Shown here: positions 1-10,304 of the stretch, one piece after another
How the letters are laid out: each line of letters begins with the position of its first letter
Numbering within the stretch: the first letter of the stretch is position 1
Assembly: GCA_963666835.2 (NCBI GenBank)
Contig: CAXXGO010000003.1
Location: 320,001-384,000, forward strand
DNA length: 64,000 bases
Reading direction: 5' to 3'
DNA from: Phycisphaerae bacterium
Lineage (GTDB): Bacteria; Planctomycetota; Phycisphaerae; UBA1845
Made by a program: the position numbers and the translations under genes
The notes under the pieces: generated by a model
What the model saw: only the letters and a program-made list of their open reading frames with translations
Databases searched by the model: none
Told to the model about the DNA's origin: nothing

Positions 1-1
1 C

Positions 2-967
2 GAGGTTGTCATCCGCGGCGTCCTCCGGGTTCTTGAGGAAGAACCGGCCCTGCAAGTTGTTCTGCTGGGCGATGAGCCCCGGATCCGGCAAGAGTTGTCC
101 TCCAAAGGCGGCGGTGCGGTGGAGTCGCAGCTCCGCATCGTACACACCTCCGAAGTGATCCCAATGGATGCTCCGCCGGTGGAGGCTCTGCGTACGTACA
201 AAGACTCTTCGCTTGTGCGGATGGCCGAGATCGCTGCCGCCGGCGAAGTTGACGCCGTAGTCAGTGCCGGCAACACAGGGGCTTGCGCAGCCGTATGTCA
301 GTTGAAATTGAAGCCGCTTCCCTGCGTGACTCGACCGGGCATTGCCGTGACAATACCGTCGTTCCGCGGTCCGTTTGTTATTTGCGACGTCGGCGCTAAT
401 ATTCACGCCAAACCGCGGCATCTTTTCGAGTATGCCGTGATGGCCACCCTGTACGCGGAACGCGTGATCGGAATCGCAGACCCCCGAGTTGCACTGATAT
501 CGATCGGGGAAGAAAGCTCCAAAGGCACCGGCTTGGTCAAGAAGACGCACAAACTGCTGGAGTCTGATCCGACGATCAACTTCGTCGGTAATGCGGAAGG
601 CCGTGAGCTGTTTGAGAACCGCTGCGACGTGGGGATCTGTGATGGATTCGTGGGCAACGTGGTGCTCAAGTTTGTTGAAGGGCTTGCGGAGGGCCTTTTC
701 CGAACGATTGCGCGGGAGTTCGAAGACGAAGGCCCCCAGCTCCGGCAGAGGTTCGGCGAGATACTCGATCGCGTTCAACAACGGCACCACTACAGCACAT
801 ACGGCGGAGCGCCCTTGCTGGGTGTCAACGGGGCGTGCATCATCTGCCATGGTCGTAGCAGTGATCTCGCCGTCTGCAATGCAATCAAGGCTGCCCGGAG
901 TTTCGTGGAACACCGCTTCAATGAGGCGATCCTGGCGCGACTGAAACCGCTCCGGCAACGGGACTGA
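2..967 (+). CDS. plsX: Phosphate acyltransferase PlsX (5' end lies outside the window)
   Basis: Frame is open from base 2 (EVVIRGVLRVLEEEP...). Motifs VSAGNTGA, DVGAN, DGFVGNVVLKF, YGGAPLLG, ICHGRS. First gene of the fab cluster. Confidence 0.95.
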   Translation, partial: EVVIRGVLRVLEEEPALQVVLLGDEPRIRQELSSKGGGAVESQLRIVHTSEVIPMDAPPVEALRTYKDSSLVRMAEIAAAGEVDAVVSAGNTGACAAVCQLKLKPLPCVTRPGIAVTIPSFRGPFVICDVGANIHAKPRHLFEYAVMATLYAERVIGIADPRVALISIGEESSKGTGLVKKTHKLLESDPTINFVGNAEGRELFENRCDVGICDGFVGNVVLKFVEGLAEGLFRTIAREFEDEGPQLRQRFGEILDRVQQRHHYSTYGGAPLLGVNGACIICHGRSSDLAVCNAIKAARSFVEHRFNEAILARLKPLRQRD

Positions 968-972
968 ACCTG

Positions 973-1968
973 ATGACCGTACGCTATCCGATAGAGATTC
1001 TGGGAACCGGGATGTACGTTCCCGAGACCATCCGCGACAACAAGCATTTCGTCGATTATCTCGATACCAGCGAAGAGTGGATTGTGACGCGCACCGGCAT
1101 TCGGGAACGCCGGGTCGCGGCCCCGGAGCAAGCGACTTCAGATTTAGCCGCTGAGGCGTCCCGCCGCGCCCTCGAGGATGCTCAGCTCGAGCCGGACGAC
1201 ATCGATGCCATCATCTGCGCCACGGCAACCGGCGATCACCAGTTTCCCGCAACGGCGGCCTTCGTCCAAGCCGGTCTGGGGTGCCGGCGGCAGATTCCCG
1301 CGTTTGATGTAAGTGCGGCCTGTGCCGGCTTTCTGCACGCGGCCACTCTTGCGGCGCCGATGTTGGGCTCGGGGATGTACGACAAGGTGTTGGTGATCGG
1401 GGCGGAGACCCTGACGCGGTTTCTGAATCCCAATGACCGAGGCACGGCTATCCTGCTAGGGGACGGTGCCGGCGCCGCGATACTGGGCCGAGCTACCGAC
1501 TCCGAGAAAGGGGTTCTGTACTGCGAGCTGGGCTGTGACGGCACGCGCGCCAACCACATCATCAACCCGGCCGGAGGCTCACGCTTGCCGGCGTCTGCCG
1601 GAACGGTGGCGGAGAGCCAGCATTTTATGGTCATGCGCGGTCGTGAAGTGTACAAGTTTGCGGTGTCGAAACTGCAGGAGTTGACCGACCGGGCTTTGAA
1701 GGAAACCGGTTTGCAGCCCGATGACCTGAAGCTGGTCATTCAGCACCAATCTAATCTTCGGATTATCGAATCGGCCCGGGAGAAACTCGGGCTACCCAAA
1801 GAGAAGGTCGTCGTTAACATCGACAAATACGGGAATACCTCGGCTGCTTCGGTGATCATGGGGCTTGATGAGTCCCGCAGAAGCGGAGCCCTTGAGGATG
1901 GGGATTATATCCTGTTGTTGGCCCTCGGTGCCGGACTGTGCTGGGGATCGATGATCATCAGGGTATAA
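973..1968 (+). CDS. fabH: 3-oxoacyl-ACP synthase III
   Basis: DTSEEWIVTRTGIRERR, catalytic AACAGF, HQSN and YGNTSAAS. Confidence 0.96.
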   Translation: MTVRYPIEILGTGMYVPETIRDNKHFVDYLDTSEEWIVTRTGIRERRVAAPEQATSDLAAEASRRALEDAQLEPDDIDAIICATATGDHQFPATAAFVQAGLGCRRQIPAFDVSAACAGFLHAATLAAPMLGSGMYDKVLVIGAETLTRFLNPNDRGTAILLGDGAGAAILGRATDSEKGVLYCELGCDGTRANHIINPAGGSRLPASAGTVAESQHFMVMRGREVYKFAVSKLQELTDRALKETGLQPDDLKLVIQHQSNLRIIESAREKLGLPKEKVVVNIDKYGNTSAASVIMGLDESRRSGALEDGDYILLLALGAGLCWGSMIIRV

Positions 1969-2049
1969 GAACGGTCCGGTTCGAGGCGACGAGGGAATCT
2001 CGGGGACGGTTACGCTGGTTTCAACGGCTTGATCTAGCAAGGAGAGACG

Positions 2050-2994
2050 ATGGGAAGCACAGCGGTCATCTTTCCGGGGCAGGGGTCCCAGATCGTGGGG
2101 ATGGGACGCGACGTAGCCGATCAAAGCGCGCGGGCTCGGGAGCTCTTCGCCCGCGCGAATGAGGTGCTCGGCTTTGACTTGACGCAACTTTGCTTCGAGG
2201 GGCCCGCCGAGGAGATCGAGAAGACAGACAACCAACAGCCCGCTATTTTCGTGACCAGCGCGGCAATCTGGGAGGCGTTCTGCGAAGCCGGCGGCGATCC
2301 GAAGTCCTTCTCCAGAACCGGTGGCTTGAGTTTGGGCGAGTACACTGCGCTCTATGTTTCGGGAGCGGTAGGGTTCGAGGATGCCCTGAGGCTGGTCCGT
2401 CGGCGAGGGCAGCTCATGCAGGAGGCGGCCCTGGCTACACCGAGCGGAATGGTATCTCTGATCGGAGCGGGCGAAGAGTCGGCGCTGGCGCTGTGCGAGC
2501 GAGCCCGGAATGGCGATGTGCTGGTCGCTGCGAATTTCAATTGCCCCGGGCAGATAGTCTTGTCCGGCAGCAAGGCGGCGTGCGAACGAGCGGTGGAGCT
2601 GGCCGGCGAATTCGAGTGTCGGGCGGTATCGTTGCCGGTGGCCGGGGCGTTTCACTCGCCGCTGATGGATTCGGCTGCCGAGGGGCTGCGGCCGATGTTG
2701 GCCGCTACCGAGTTTGCTACGCCTGCCGTGCCGACAATCGCCAACGTGAACGGCGAGTACCACACGGATCCGGCTGAGATTAGGGAGTTGCTTCGTAGGC
2801 AGGTAACTGAACCGGTGCGATGGCAGCGTTGCATGGAGCGTTTCATCGAAGAAGGCGTCGATCGGTTCGTAGAAATGGGCCCCGGGCGTGTATTGACGGG
2901 GCTGATGCGGAAGATCAATCGCAAAATGACCGCGGTGAACGTAAGTACTGCGGATGGGATTACTCAGGCCGCAACGTCACTGAGTGTCGCGTAG
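2050..2994 (+). CDS. fabD: Malonyl-CoA:ACP transacylase
   Basis: FPGQGSQ, QPAIF, nucleophile GLSLGEY, GAFHS, GPGRVL. Confidence 0.96.
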   Translation: MGSTAVIFPGQGSQIVGMGRDVADQSARARELFARANEVLGFDLTQLCFEGPAEEIEKTDNQQPAIFVTSAAIWEAFCEAGGDPKSFSRTGGLSLGEYTALYVSGAVGFEDALRLVRRRGQLMQEAALATPSGMVSLIGAGEESALALCERARNGDVLVAANFNCPGQIVLSGSKAACERAVELAGEFECRAVSLPVAGAFHSPLMDSAAEGLRPMLAATEFATPAVPTIANVNGEYHTDPAEIRELLRRQVTEPVRWQRCMERFIEEGVDRFVEMGPGRVLTGLMRKINRKMTAVNVSTADGITQAATSLSVA

Positions 2995-3018
2995 CCCCGC
3001 CCCAAGGAGGATACCGCA

Positions 3019-3759
3019 ATGCAGGATAAGATCGCTTTGGTGACCGGCGGAAGTCGGGGAATAGGTCGGGCCATCTGTCTCGCGTTGGCCGAACGCGGGG
3101 CGACGGTTATCGCTTGTGCGCGAAACGCGGATGCCCTCGCAGAGTTGGCCGCCGAAGCCAAACAGCGGGAGACCGCTGGGCGGATCGATCCGCGGAAGCT
3201 CGATGTCACCGAGCGCGAGAGCATCGACAAGTTGGTCAAGACCGTTGCTGAGGAATACGAGCGAATCGACATACTGGTCAACAACGCGGGGATAACGCGC
3301 GACGGGCTGTTGATGAGCATGGAGGACGAGCAGTTTGACGATGTCCTCACTACCAACCTCCGCAGCGTCTTCTGGATAACCCGAGCCGTCAGCCGCCTGA
3401 TGGTGAGCCGGCGCTACGGGCGGATTGTCAACATCAGCAGCGTGGCCGGCGTGATGGGGAATCCCGGGCAGGCAAACTACGCGTCCAGTAAGGCTGGCCT
3501 GATCGGAATGACCAAGTCCGTGGCAAAAGAGCTTGGCAAGCGGAAGATCACGTGTAATGCGGTGGCTCCCGGGTTCATCAAGACGGATATGACGGCCGTT
3601 CTCCCGGACACGGTCATGGACTCCGCCAAGGGGTTCATTCCGCTCAAGCGGATCGGGGAAGCTGAGGAAGTGGCGGAGGCGGTGGCGTTTTTGGCGAGCG
3701 ACGCGGCCTCGTACATCACGGGGCAGGTCCTGCTTGTGGACGGTGGTATGCACATGTAG
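3019..3759 (+). CDS. fabG: 3-oxoacyl-ACP reductase
   Basis: [31 protein letters not shown]. Confidence 0.96.
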   Translation: MQDKIALVTGGSRGIGRAICLALAERGATVIACARNADALAELAAEAKQRETAGRIDPRKLDVTERESIDKLVKTVAEEYERIDILVNNAGITRDGLLMSMEDEQFDDVLTTNLRSVFWITRAVSRLMVSRRYGRIVNISSVAGVMGNPGQANYASSKAGLIGMTKSVAKELGKRKITCNAVAPGFIKTDMTAVLPDTVMDSAKGFIPLKRIGEAEEVAEAVAFLASDAASYITGQVLLVDGGMHM

Positions 3760-3832
3760 CGATGCCCGGAGTGGGAAGACTGTCGGACCGAAATCGCCAG
3801 GATATCACCGCAGAACAGCGACGGTGAGGGGG

Positions 3833-3861
3833 TTGCAGGGGACCGCCGACCCTATTAGTAT
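3833..3861 (+). promoter_or_regulatory. Putative sigma70-type internal promoter for acpP-fabF
   Basis: TTGCAG-N17-TAGTAT in the fabG-acpP gap. Confidence 0.5.
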
Positions 3862-3922
3862 TCCGGCACCCTGCAACAGTGTAGGTTTACGCATTCTACG
3901 ATTGCATCTGGAGGATTCAGCA

Positions 3923-4177
3923 GTGGCGACTGCGTTGGAAATCGAAGAGAAGGTCACTCAGATCGTCAGCGAGCAGTTGAGCGTTGACAAAAGCGAGATT
4001 GCCCGAGAGACGTCGTTCGTTAACGATTTGAACGCCGACTCACTCGACACGGTGGAGCTGGTCATGGAGCTCGAAGACGAGTTCGATCTGACCATCCCCG
4101 ATGAAGATGCCGAGAAGCTCAAGACCGTCGGTGAGGCAATCGACTACATCCAGGCACAAAAGGAAGGTAAATCCTAG
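3923..4177 (+). CDS. acpP: Acyl carrier protein
   Basis: [20 protein letters not shown] phosphopantetheine motif; GTG start after GGAGG. Confidence 0.96.
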   Translation: MATALEIEEKVTQIVSEQLSVDKSEIARETSFVNDLNADSLDTVELVMELEDEFDLTIPDEDAEKLKTVGEAIDYIQAQKEGKS

Positions 4178-4197
4178 CCGTTGGGAGGGCGAAGGCT

Positions 4198-5439
4198 GTG
4201 GCACGACGCCGCGTCGTCATTACGGGGATCGGGGCCGTCACCCCGGTAGGATTGACGATCGATCGCTACTGGGAATCGCTTGTCACCGGTCGAAGCGGTA
4301 TTGCTACGGTTACACGGTTCGACCCCTCCGATTTCGACGCTAAGATCGGCGGCGAGTGCGCTGACTTCGATGCGTCGAACTACCTTGATCGCAAGGTTGC
4401 CAAGCGGTTGGACCGGTTTGCGCAGTTCGCTCTGGTCGCCTCAGACGAAGCCGTGAAGGCCTCCGGGCTGAACCTCGACGAAGAGGATCGTTGGCGAATC
4501 GGAGTAGTGCTCGGCTGCGGTATCGGTGGATTAAGCGAGCTGGAAGAGCAGCACTCGAGGCTTGAGTCTCGAGGGCCGGCAAAGGTCTCGCCGTTCACTA
4601 TTCCGAGGCTTATGGCCAACGCCGCCAGCGGTAACGTCTCCATCGCCGTGGGAACTAAGGGTCCCAGTCTCACCGTTACCAGCGCCTGTGCTTCGGCGAC
4701 TAACGCGATGGGCGAGGCCGCCAATCTTCTGCGTCACGGGGTGGTTGATGTGGTCTTGACCGGTGGGGCGGAAGCGGCGCTAACGCCGCTGGCGCTGGCC
4801 GCATTCGCGTCGATGAAAGCGCTGAGCACGCAGAATGATGATCCCCCGCGAGCTTGTCGTCCTTTCGACCGCGACCGTGACGGATTCGTTCTCAGCGAGG
4901 GGGCGGGAACGCTCGTTTTTGAAGAATACGAACACGCCAAACGCCGGGGCGCTCCAATCCTCGCCGAGTTCATCGGATACGGGTCGACGGCGGACGCTGA
5001 TCACATCACCCAACCGTCCGAAACTGGAGAAGCGGCCAGCAAGGCGATGGAATTGGCGCTTGCCGATGCCGAAATAGCGCCGGACCAAGTAGACTACATA
5101 AACGCCCACGGAACCGGCACCCCGCTGGGAGACAAGGCGGAAAGCCTGGCTATCAAGCGCGTGTTCGGCGATGCCGCCCGCAAGTTGGTCATCAGCAGTA
5201 CAAAGAGCTCTACGGGGCACGCGTTGGGGGCCAGCGGGGCTATTGAGCTGATCGCCACGATTCTGGCCATGAAGAACGGGGCGGTGCCGCCGACGATCAA
5301 CCTCGATAATCCGGGGGAGGGGTGCGATCTCGACTATTGCCCGAACACCGCCCGGGATGCCAACATCCGAATCGCCCTGAGCAACTCCTTCGGATTCGGT
5401 GGGCACAACGCGTGCGTTTTGGTTAAGCGAATGAGCTAA
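4198..5439 (+). CDS. fabF: 3-oxoacyl-ACP synthase II
   Basis: RRVVITGIG, SACAS, INAHGTGT, GHALGA, SNSFGFGGHN. Confidence 0.96.
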   Translation: MARRRVVITGIGAVTPVGLTIDRYWESLVTGRSGIATVTRFDPSDFDAKIGGECADFDASNYLDRKVAKRLDRFAQFALVASDEAVKASGLNLDEEDRWRIGVVLGCGIGGLSELEEQHSRLESRGPAKVSPFTIPRLMANAASGNVSIAVGTKGPSLTVTSACASATNAMGEAANLLRHGVVDVVLTGGAEAALTPLALAAFASMKALSTQNDDPPRACRPFDRDRDGFVLSEGAGTLVFEEYEHAKRRGAPILAEFIGYGSTADADHITQPSETGEAASKAMELALADAEIAPDQVDYINAHGTGTPLGDKAESLAIKRVFGDAARKLVISSTKSSTGHALGASGAIELIATILAMKNGAVPPTINLDNPGEGCDLDYCPNTARDANIRIALSNSFGFGGHNACVLVKRMS

Positions 5440-5641
5440 CCCGTCCGCTCCGCGGGTCTGAGATACTCCCGTTTTGCCCCAGTCCGGCCTGCTTCTCACT
5501 CGGTTCGGCGGAGCGAACGGAACGGGCGGGCAGGACGGAAGCCTACCGCTTTCAAGCATCGACCGCTAAACCACCGATAGGAATGTAGCAGGGAATGGTG
5601 TGCGCAGAGTTTGCGCTTGGCTTGAAACGGCGAAAGGTGGT

Positions 5642-5974
5642 ATGTCGCAGCTAACGGGTACCGGCGTCATCGGCAGATCTGCCGGCATGCCTACGTCGAC
5701 GTTCGGCGAAGCGGAAGTCAAGCGCATTCTCGGCTTATCCGTCCCGATCACGGTTGTCCTGGCGGAGCGTCTTATGCCGGTCGAAGCCGCAATAGCCATA
5801 AGGGTCGGTACAATCATCGAGTTCGACGTGTTGTTCGATGAGGAGCCGGTACTATTCGTCGGGAACAGACCCATCGCGAAGGGACAGGCAGTCAAGGTCG
5901 GCGAGAACTTCGGGCTACGCGTCACCAAGGCCTATTCCGTCGAAGACCGCATCGCGGCTATGGGTGGGAAGTAG
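5642..5974 (+). CDS. FliM/FliN (SpoA) C-terminal domain protein; start may be 5687
   Basis: VPITVVLAER...GTIIEFD...IAKGQAVKVGENFGLRVT SpoA pattern. Confidence 0.8.
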   Translation: MSQLTGTGVIGRSAGMPTSTFGEAEVKRILGLSVPITVVLAERLMPVEAAIAIRVGTIIEFDVLFDEEPVLFVGNRPIAKGQAVKVGENFGLRVTKAYSVEDRIAAMGGK

Positions 5975-5981
5975 GCCCTCT

Positions 5982-7214
5982 CTACAACGACCGGACGAGT
6001 CGGCGGAGCATCTTCAGGGCGTCTTCTCTCGATCCGATTACCCCGTTCAACTGCGCTCGATACACTTCATCCAAGACCCGGCTGTAAGTAGGCCCGGGGG
6101 GCAGACCAAGGTCCGACACATCTGCTCCTGAGACAAGCGGTGGGGGGTTGATTTCACCCTCGGGAATCTTCCCGGCTCGGTCCTGCAGGCGACGAAGAGC
6201 ATGATTGTTCTGCCTGCTTGCGGCGAGGTCGGCTTCGAACAGTTCCAACAGAACCGGCCATGCCGGGCGCGCCATAAGGAGCTTGAGGTCTGCCGTTTCC
6301 AGCGAGTCCTCGTTGTGCAACATTGGCAATGACGTTACCAGCCAAGAGACCACTTCGATCAGTTGCTTACTCGTGCGGAGCGCGCGGCAGATTCTCTCGA
6401 TTCGTTTCGAATCACAGTTGCGAAGACAGACGGCCATCGCCAAGGCGACATCAACGTAGCGGGGCGGCAGGGTGGTCAACCATCGAGTGGTCTGCTCATC
6501 CTCGATCTCGTCCGCGGGCCACTCCTTGACGAGGTGCGCACGAAGCCCGGTTTTCAGCAGTAACTCCCACCCGGTTACCCGGCTGGGCGCGGTGAGGATC
6601 ATCCCGAACTCCAACCACACTCGCTCAGCGCTTATAACTTCGAGCCGGTGGGCATGTTGGCGGATGGCCTCCAAGGTGGGCGGGTCAATTGTGAAACCCA
6701 GGCGGGCAGCAAAGCGTACCGCCCGCAACATCCGCAAATGATCCTCGCCGAATCGGCGGGCGGCATCGCCGATGGTGCGCAGGACACGGCCGGTAATGTC
6801 CTTTTGCCCGTCAACGTAATCGATAATCCGGTTGGTGGTCGGGTCGAGGAACAGACCGTTGATAGTGAAATCCCGCCGTTGGGCATCTTCCTCCTGGTTA
6901 CCGAATCTGACTTCATCCGGGTGCCGGCCATCGGAGTAGGTGCCGTCCGCCCGGAAGGTAGCCACCTCGATGTCATGCCCATGTCGGCGGACTAACATTA
7001 CTCCGAACTTGGCTCCCACGCGACGCGCCCACGGGAAGATCTTCTTGACTGTTTTGGGGGTGGCGTCCGTTGCGACGTCATAGTCTTTAGGGGAAATCGC
7101 CATCAGCCGGTCTCGCACACATCCCCCGGCTAAGAGCGCCACGTGGTTGCCGGCGCGCAGTTTCTCTACGACGTACAACGCGGCATTCCAGGCATCTGAT
7201 TCGGGCACACTCAT
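5982..7214 (-). CDS. cca: Class II tRNA nucleotidyltransferase (CCA-adding enzyme)
   Basis: GGCVRD, KDYDVAT, RRDFTIN, EDHLRMLRAVRF; ATGA overlap with the rsmD stop. Confidence 0.88.
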   Translation of the reverse strand: MSVPESDAWNAALYVVEKLRAGNHVALLAGGCVRDRLMAISPKDYDVATDATPKTVKKIFPWARRVGAKFGVMLVRRHGHDIEVATFRADGTYSDGRHPDEVRFGNQEEDAQRRDFTINGLFLDPTTNRIIDYVDGQKDITGRVLRTIGDAARRFGEDHLRMLRAVRFAARLGFTIDPPTLEAIRQHAHRLEVISAERVWLEFGMILTAPSRVTGWELLLKTGLRAHLVKEWPADEIEDEQTTRWLTTLPPRYVDVALAMAVCLRNCDSKRIERICRALRTSKQLIEVVSWLVTSLPMLHNEDSLETADLKLLMARPAWPVLLELFEADLAASRQNNHALRRLQDRAGKIPEGEINPPPLVSGADVSDLGLPPGPTYSRVLDEVYRAQLNGVIGSREDALKMLRRLVRSL

Positions 7215-7792
7215 TGGGCAAAGAACGTCACAGCGTGGGTTCCGGACTCGCGTTGATCCGTTATCTGCCACGCCGAATCCGGGGCATCCGTAATCCGCAC
7301 GGAGGCTGCATGGTGCAAAACGATGAACGGGCGGTTATCGTCCCGCTCCGCAAGCCGCCGTAAGAACGCAGCAAAACGGCTTCCGTCCGAAAGGTCCTGC
7401 GTATCGCGATAAGGCGGGTCAAACAGAACGAGTTCATGAGGTCGACCCGTCGGGTCCAATACCGCTGAGGCCCACGCGTCATGTGTAACCACCGTAGCTT
7501 CCGAACCGGCTTCGACAGTCTGAAGGTTCCTTCGGAGGGCGACCAGAGCCTGCCGCCCGCGTTCATAGAAGCAGCAAGACGCTGCGCCGCGGGACAAAGC
7601 TTCAAGCCCCATGGATCCGCCACCAGCGAAGACATCGGCGACCCGAATCGGGGGAAGCGCGGATGGGCAATCGTAGCGCGAACCGAGGATATTGAAGATC
7701 GACTCTCGAAGGCGGTCGGGCATCGGACGGGTCCGATCCGTCCGAGGGCGGACCAGGCGTCTCGATTTCCATTTTCCCGCGATGATCCTCAT
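7211..7792 (-). CDS. rsmD: RsmD-family rRNA methyltransferase
   Basis: MRIIAGKWK, TRP..DRLRESIFNIL, DVFAGGGSMGLEALSRG, DPPY. Confidence 0.88.
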   Translation of the reverse strand: MRIIAGKWKSRRLVRPRTDRTRPMPDRLRESIFNILGSRYDCPSALPPIRVADVFAGGGSMGLEALSRGAASCCFYERGRQALVALRRNLQTVEAGSEATVVTHDAWASAVLDPTGRPHELVLFDPPYRDTQDLSDGSRFAAFLRRLAERDDNRPFIVLHHAASVRITDAPDSAWQITDQRESGTHAVTFFAQ

Positions 7793-7896
7793 AGCCTGCC
7801 CCGTCTTCTCGCCCGACGTTGACGCCGCGTCATACCCAATCCTATAATCCGTTCCTCCAGCAGGGTTTGCAAGAGTGCTACTTGGGAGTTGTCGAA

Positions 7897-8304
7897 TTGG
7901 GATCCGTACTTTGTGAGCATTGTGCCGCAGCATGCTGCCGTTATCTCGCGCTGCCCTTGGACAAGCCGACAAACCGACGGGACTACGACGACATCCGCTG
8001 GTACCTGTTGCACGAGAATATCTCCGTATTCGTCGAGGACGGCGACTGGTTCGTCCAGTTTCCGACGCGGTGCAAGCACATCGGGCCGGACAATCGCTGC
8101 ACCCTTTACGAGACGAGGCCGGAGATCTGCCGGGAGTATGATTTCGGACAGTGCGATTATAGCGGGACGACTTACAGCTATGAGCATTTGTTCACGCACG
8201 CGAAACAGATCGAGGAGTACTATCACCGCAAGACCGGCCGGAAGCTCGGAACGCCGTGCGTACCCGCAAAACAGCGGGCCCCGAAGATCTCGAAGGCCGG
8301 CTAA
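7897..8304 (+). CDS. YkgJ-family (CxxCxxCC) cysteine-cluster protein
   Basis: CEHCAAACC ... C.H....RCTLYETRPEICREY; TTG start after GGGAG. Confidence 0.85.
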   Translation: MGSVLCEHCAAACCRYLALPLDKPTNRRDYDDIRWYLLHENISVFVEDGDWFVQFPTRCKHIGPDNRCTLYETRPEICREYDFGQCDYSGTTYSYEHLFTHAKQIEEYYHRKTGRKLGTPCVPAKQRAPKISKAG

Positions 8305-8311
8305 GCGCAGC

Positions 8312-9073
8312 ATGCCGAAGGCCGGGCGTTTTCTTCCGGCGACGGTTCTGGCCGCGGTGATTGCGTTTGCCGGCGGTTGCATAACGGGATCGCTTGCGTC
8401 ATCCACCGGGGAGAGGTTGCCGGGCCACCAATGGTCTACCGAGAGCGCGCAGATGGTCCACGTTGGAGAGGAAGTCACGTTTGATTTCGTTCTGCAGGAC
8501 CTTCAAAAGCGGCGCGTCGATCCTACGGGAATCGCCGACTACTGCGTTGCTATGATTGGCAACGAGCGCATCGAAGTTGAGCCGGACCTGTATGGCCATT
8601 TCCAGTTCTCGCACAGTTTCGCTACGGTCAGGCCGGGCGAGAGAGTGAAGGTAAAGGCCGTTGCTTACCAACAGCGGGGGGGGCGCGACTACGTGAAGAT
8701 CCGGGACCGATGGATGAGCAACGATAGCCCCTATGAGCAGGCGGATCGGAAGATGCCGGGGGATGCCATTACGCTGATCGGGTACGTTGCCCCCATAGTG
8801 TTGCAGTTCCCGGCTCCCCCGGACGAGTTGGACCGGGATACCGGGGTGCTGCGGATCCGCCGTTCCGACGGCACTTCCACGGCGGTGTACGTCGACAAAC
8901 CGGGGAGGCCCGGCTTCACGCTGTCCGGGCCGGAGCCGGACGGAGTCTATCGCGTTGAGTATCTCCCGAAGGGCAACGAACTGAACCCAACGGGAACAAC
9001 GGAAGCAGAGTTCACGATTCTCGATGTTAACGGGCGCCGGCCGGAAGCGGCAGCAACTCTCGACACCCCGTAA
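8312..9073 (+). CDS. Hypothetical lipoprotein
   Basis: Signal peptide ending in FAGGC lipobox; beta-rich mature region. Confidence 0.7.
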   Translation: MPKAGRFLPATVLAAVIAFAGGCITGSLASSTGERLPGHQWSTESAQMVHVGEEVTFDFVLQDLQKRRVDPTGIADYCVAMIGNERIEVEPDLYGHFQFSHSFATVRPGERVKVKAVAYQQRGGRDYVKIRDRWMSNDSPYEQADRKMPGDAITLIGYVAPIVLQFPAPPDELDRDTGVLRIRRSDGTSTAVYVDKPGRPGFTLSGPEPDGVYRVEYLPKGNELNPTGTTEAEFTILDVNGRRPEAAATLDTP

Positions 9074-9122
9074 TCGCCGGGGGTGGTAGCCGGTGCGAGC
9101 CCGTCGGAACGAGGGTGAAGCA

Positions 9123-9629
9123 ATGGTCCATCGGCATATCCACTACGAGGCGGCGTTCGAAGACTACATCCGATCGCGCGGCTGGCCCTATATTCCGGTG
9201 GACGAGCAACGAAAAGCGATCTTCTCCGGAGCGAGAATCAAGTCGTTCGACTTTCTAGTGTATCGCCCCGGGCAGACTGCCTGGCTGGTGGACATCAAAG
9301 GGCGGAAGTTCCCGTACGAAGGCGAGCACGGCAAGCGGTATTGGGAAAACTGGGTCACGCGCGACGATATCGAGGGGCTGAGCAAGTGGGAGGCCGTGTT
9401 CGGGGAGGACTTCGAACCGGTGTTTGTGTTCGTCTATTGGATCATCGGGCGGCCGGCGGTTGAGCCCTCAAGCGACGTCCATCAGTTCCGCGGCGAGTAT
9501 TACGCGCTGCTCCTGGTCTCGGCCCGGGAGTATGCTGCGTTGGCCCGCGAACGGTCTCCGAAGTGGAATACTGTCTCTGTTCCGGTGCGCGACTTCCGGC
9601 GGCTTGTGCGGCCGATGGACGGTGCATAG
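9123..9629 (+). CDS. HYExAFE-family protein (PD-(D/E)XK-like fold)
   Basis: HYEAAFEDY N-terminal motif, KSFDF, VDIKGRKFPY, WENW. Confidence 0.85.
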   Translation: MVHRHIHYEAAFEDYIRSRGWPYIPVDEQRKAIFSGARIKSFDFLVYRPGQTAWLVDIKGRKFPYEGEHGKRYWENWVTRDDIEGLSKWEAVFGEDFEPVFVFVYWIIGRPAVEPSSDVHQFRGEYYALLLVSAREYAALARERSPKWNTVSVPVRDFRRLVRPMDGA

Positions 9630-9668
9630 CCACTTTACGCCTCGTGGGGCGGGGGTATAATCGTGTTT

Positions 9669-9920
9669 ATGAACAAGCAACGACGTTCTTCGTACTTCGG
9701 GGCGGCGCTTCGGCGTCGTGCGGTTCTTCTGAGGTCGACCGTGATTGTGGGGGCGGCGGGTCTGGTCCAGCATTTGGGTGCGGGGCTGGCGCTGGCGCAG
9801 GATCCCGGCCGGGCTGTCGATGATGAGGAGGCGGGGTTGCGGTGGGGGATCACCGCGGGGGTGGCGGTCGTCATTCTGGTGGCCGCGTTCATCCAATCGA
9901 AACGCTCGCACCTCGGTTAG
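9669..9920 (+). CDS. Small hypothetical membrane protein
   Basis: Signal-like N-terminus ending ALA-Q; C-terminal TM helix followed by KRSH. Confidence 0.55.
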   Translation: MNKQRRSSYFGAALRRRAVLLRSTVIVGAAGLVQHLGAGLALAQDPGRAVDDEEAGLRWGITAGVAVVILVAAFIQSKRSHLG

Positions 9921-9979
9921 TTCGGTTTCAGGCGCAAAACCGCTGTGGGCTGCGTGCCGGACCATTCTGGAGATCAACT

Positions 9980-10270
9980 ATGCTGAGTAGACGTTCTATC
10001 ATTGCCCTGTTGGTTGGGTTAAACGTCCTGCTGGGCGTTATCATGCTGGCGGGAGCTCGTTTTCTGCCGACCGCCAGCGCCGCCGGAAAGGGGGCTCGGG
10101 CGGGGGACTTTATGTGCGTGACCGCCAAACCGGCCGGGCAGAGCTTCGACGTTGTGTACATTCTGGATAAGGCGGAGCGCAAGCTTCACGCCTTCTATCC
10201 AACCAGCGCACGGGCTCCCAAGTATTCATACGGGAAGTCGCGGGATCTCGGAGCCGATTTCGGCAGGTAG
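9980..10270 (+). CDS. Small membrane-anchored or secreted hypothetical protein
   Basis: GGAGA RBS, N-terminal hydrophobic helix, VVYILD motif. Confidence 0.7.
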   Translation: MLSRRSIIALLVGLNVLLGVIMLAGARFLPTASAAGKGARAGDFMCVTAKPAGQSFDVVYILDKAERKLHAFYPTSARAPKYSYGKSRDLGADFGR

Positions 10271-10304
10271 TGCGTAAGACCCCTTGCAGGGAGTTAACCT
10301 GAAG

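Noticed and set aside
2320..2343. FabD GLSLG instead of GHSLG
   Set aside because: The catalytic Ser and GxSxG are intact; this is a tolerated variant rather than evidence of inactivation.
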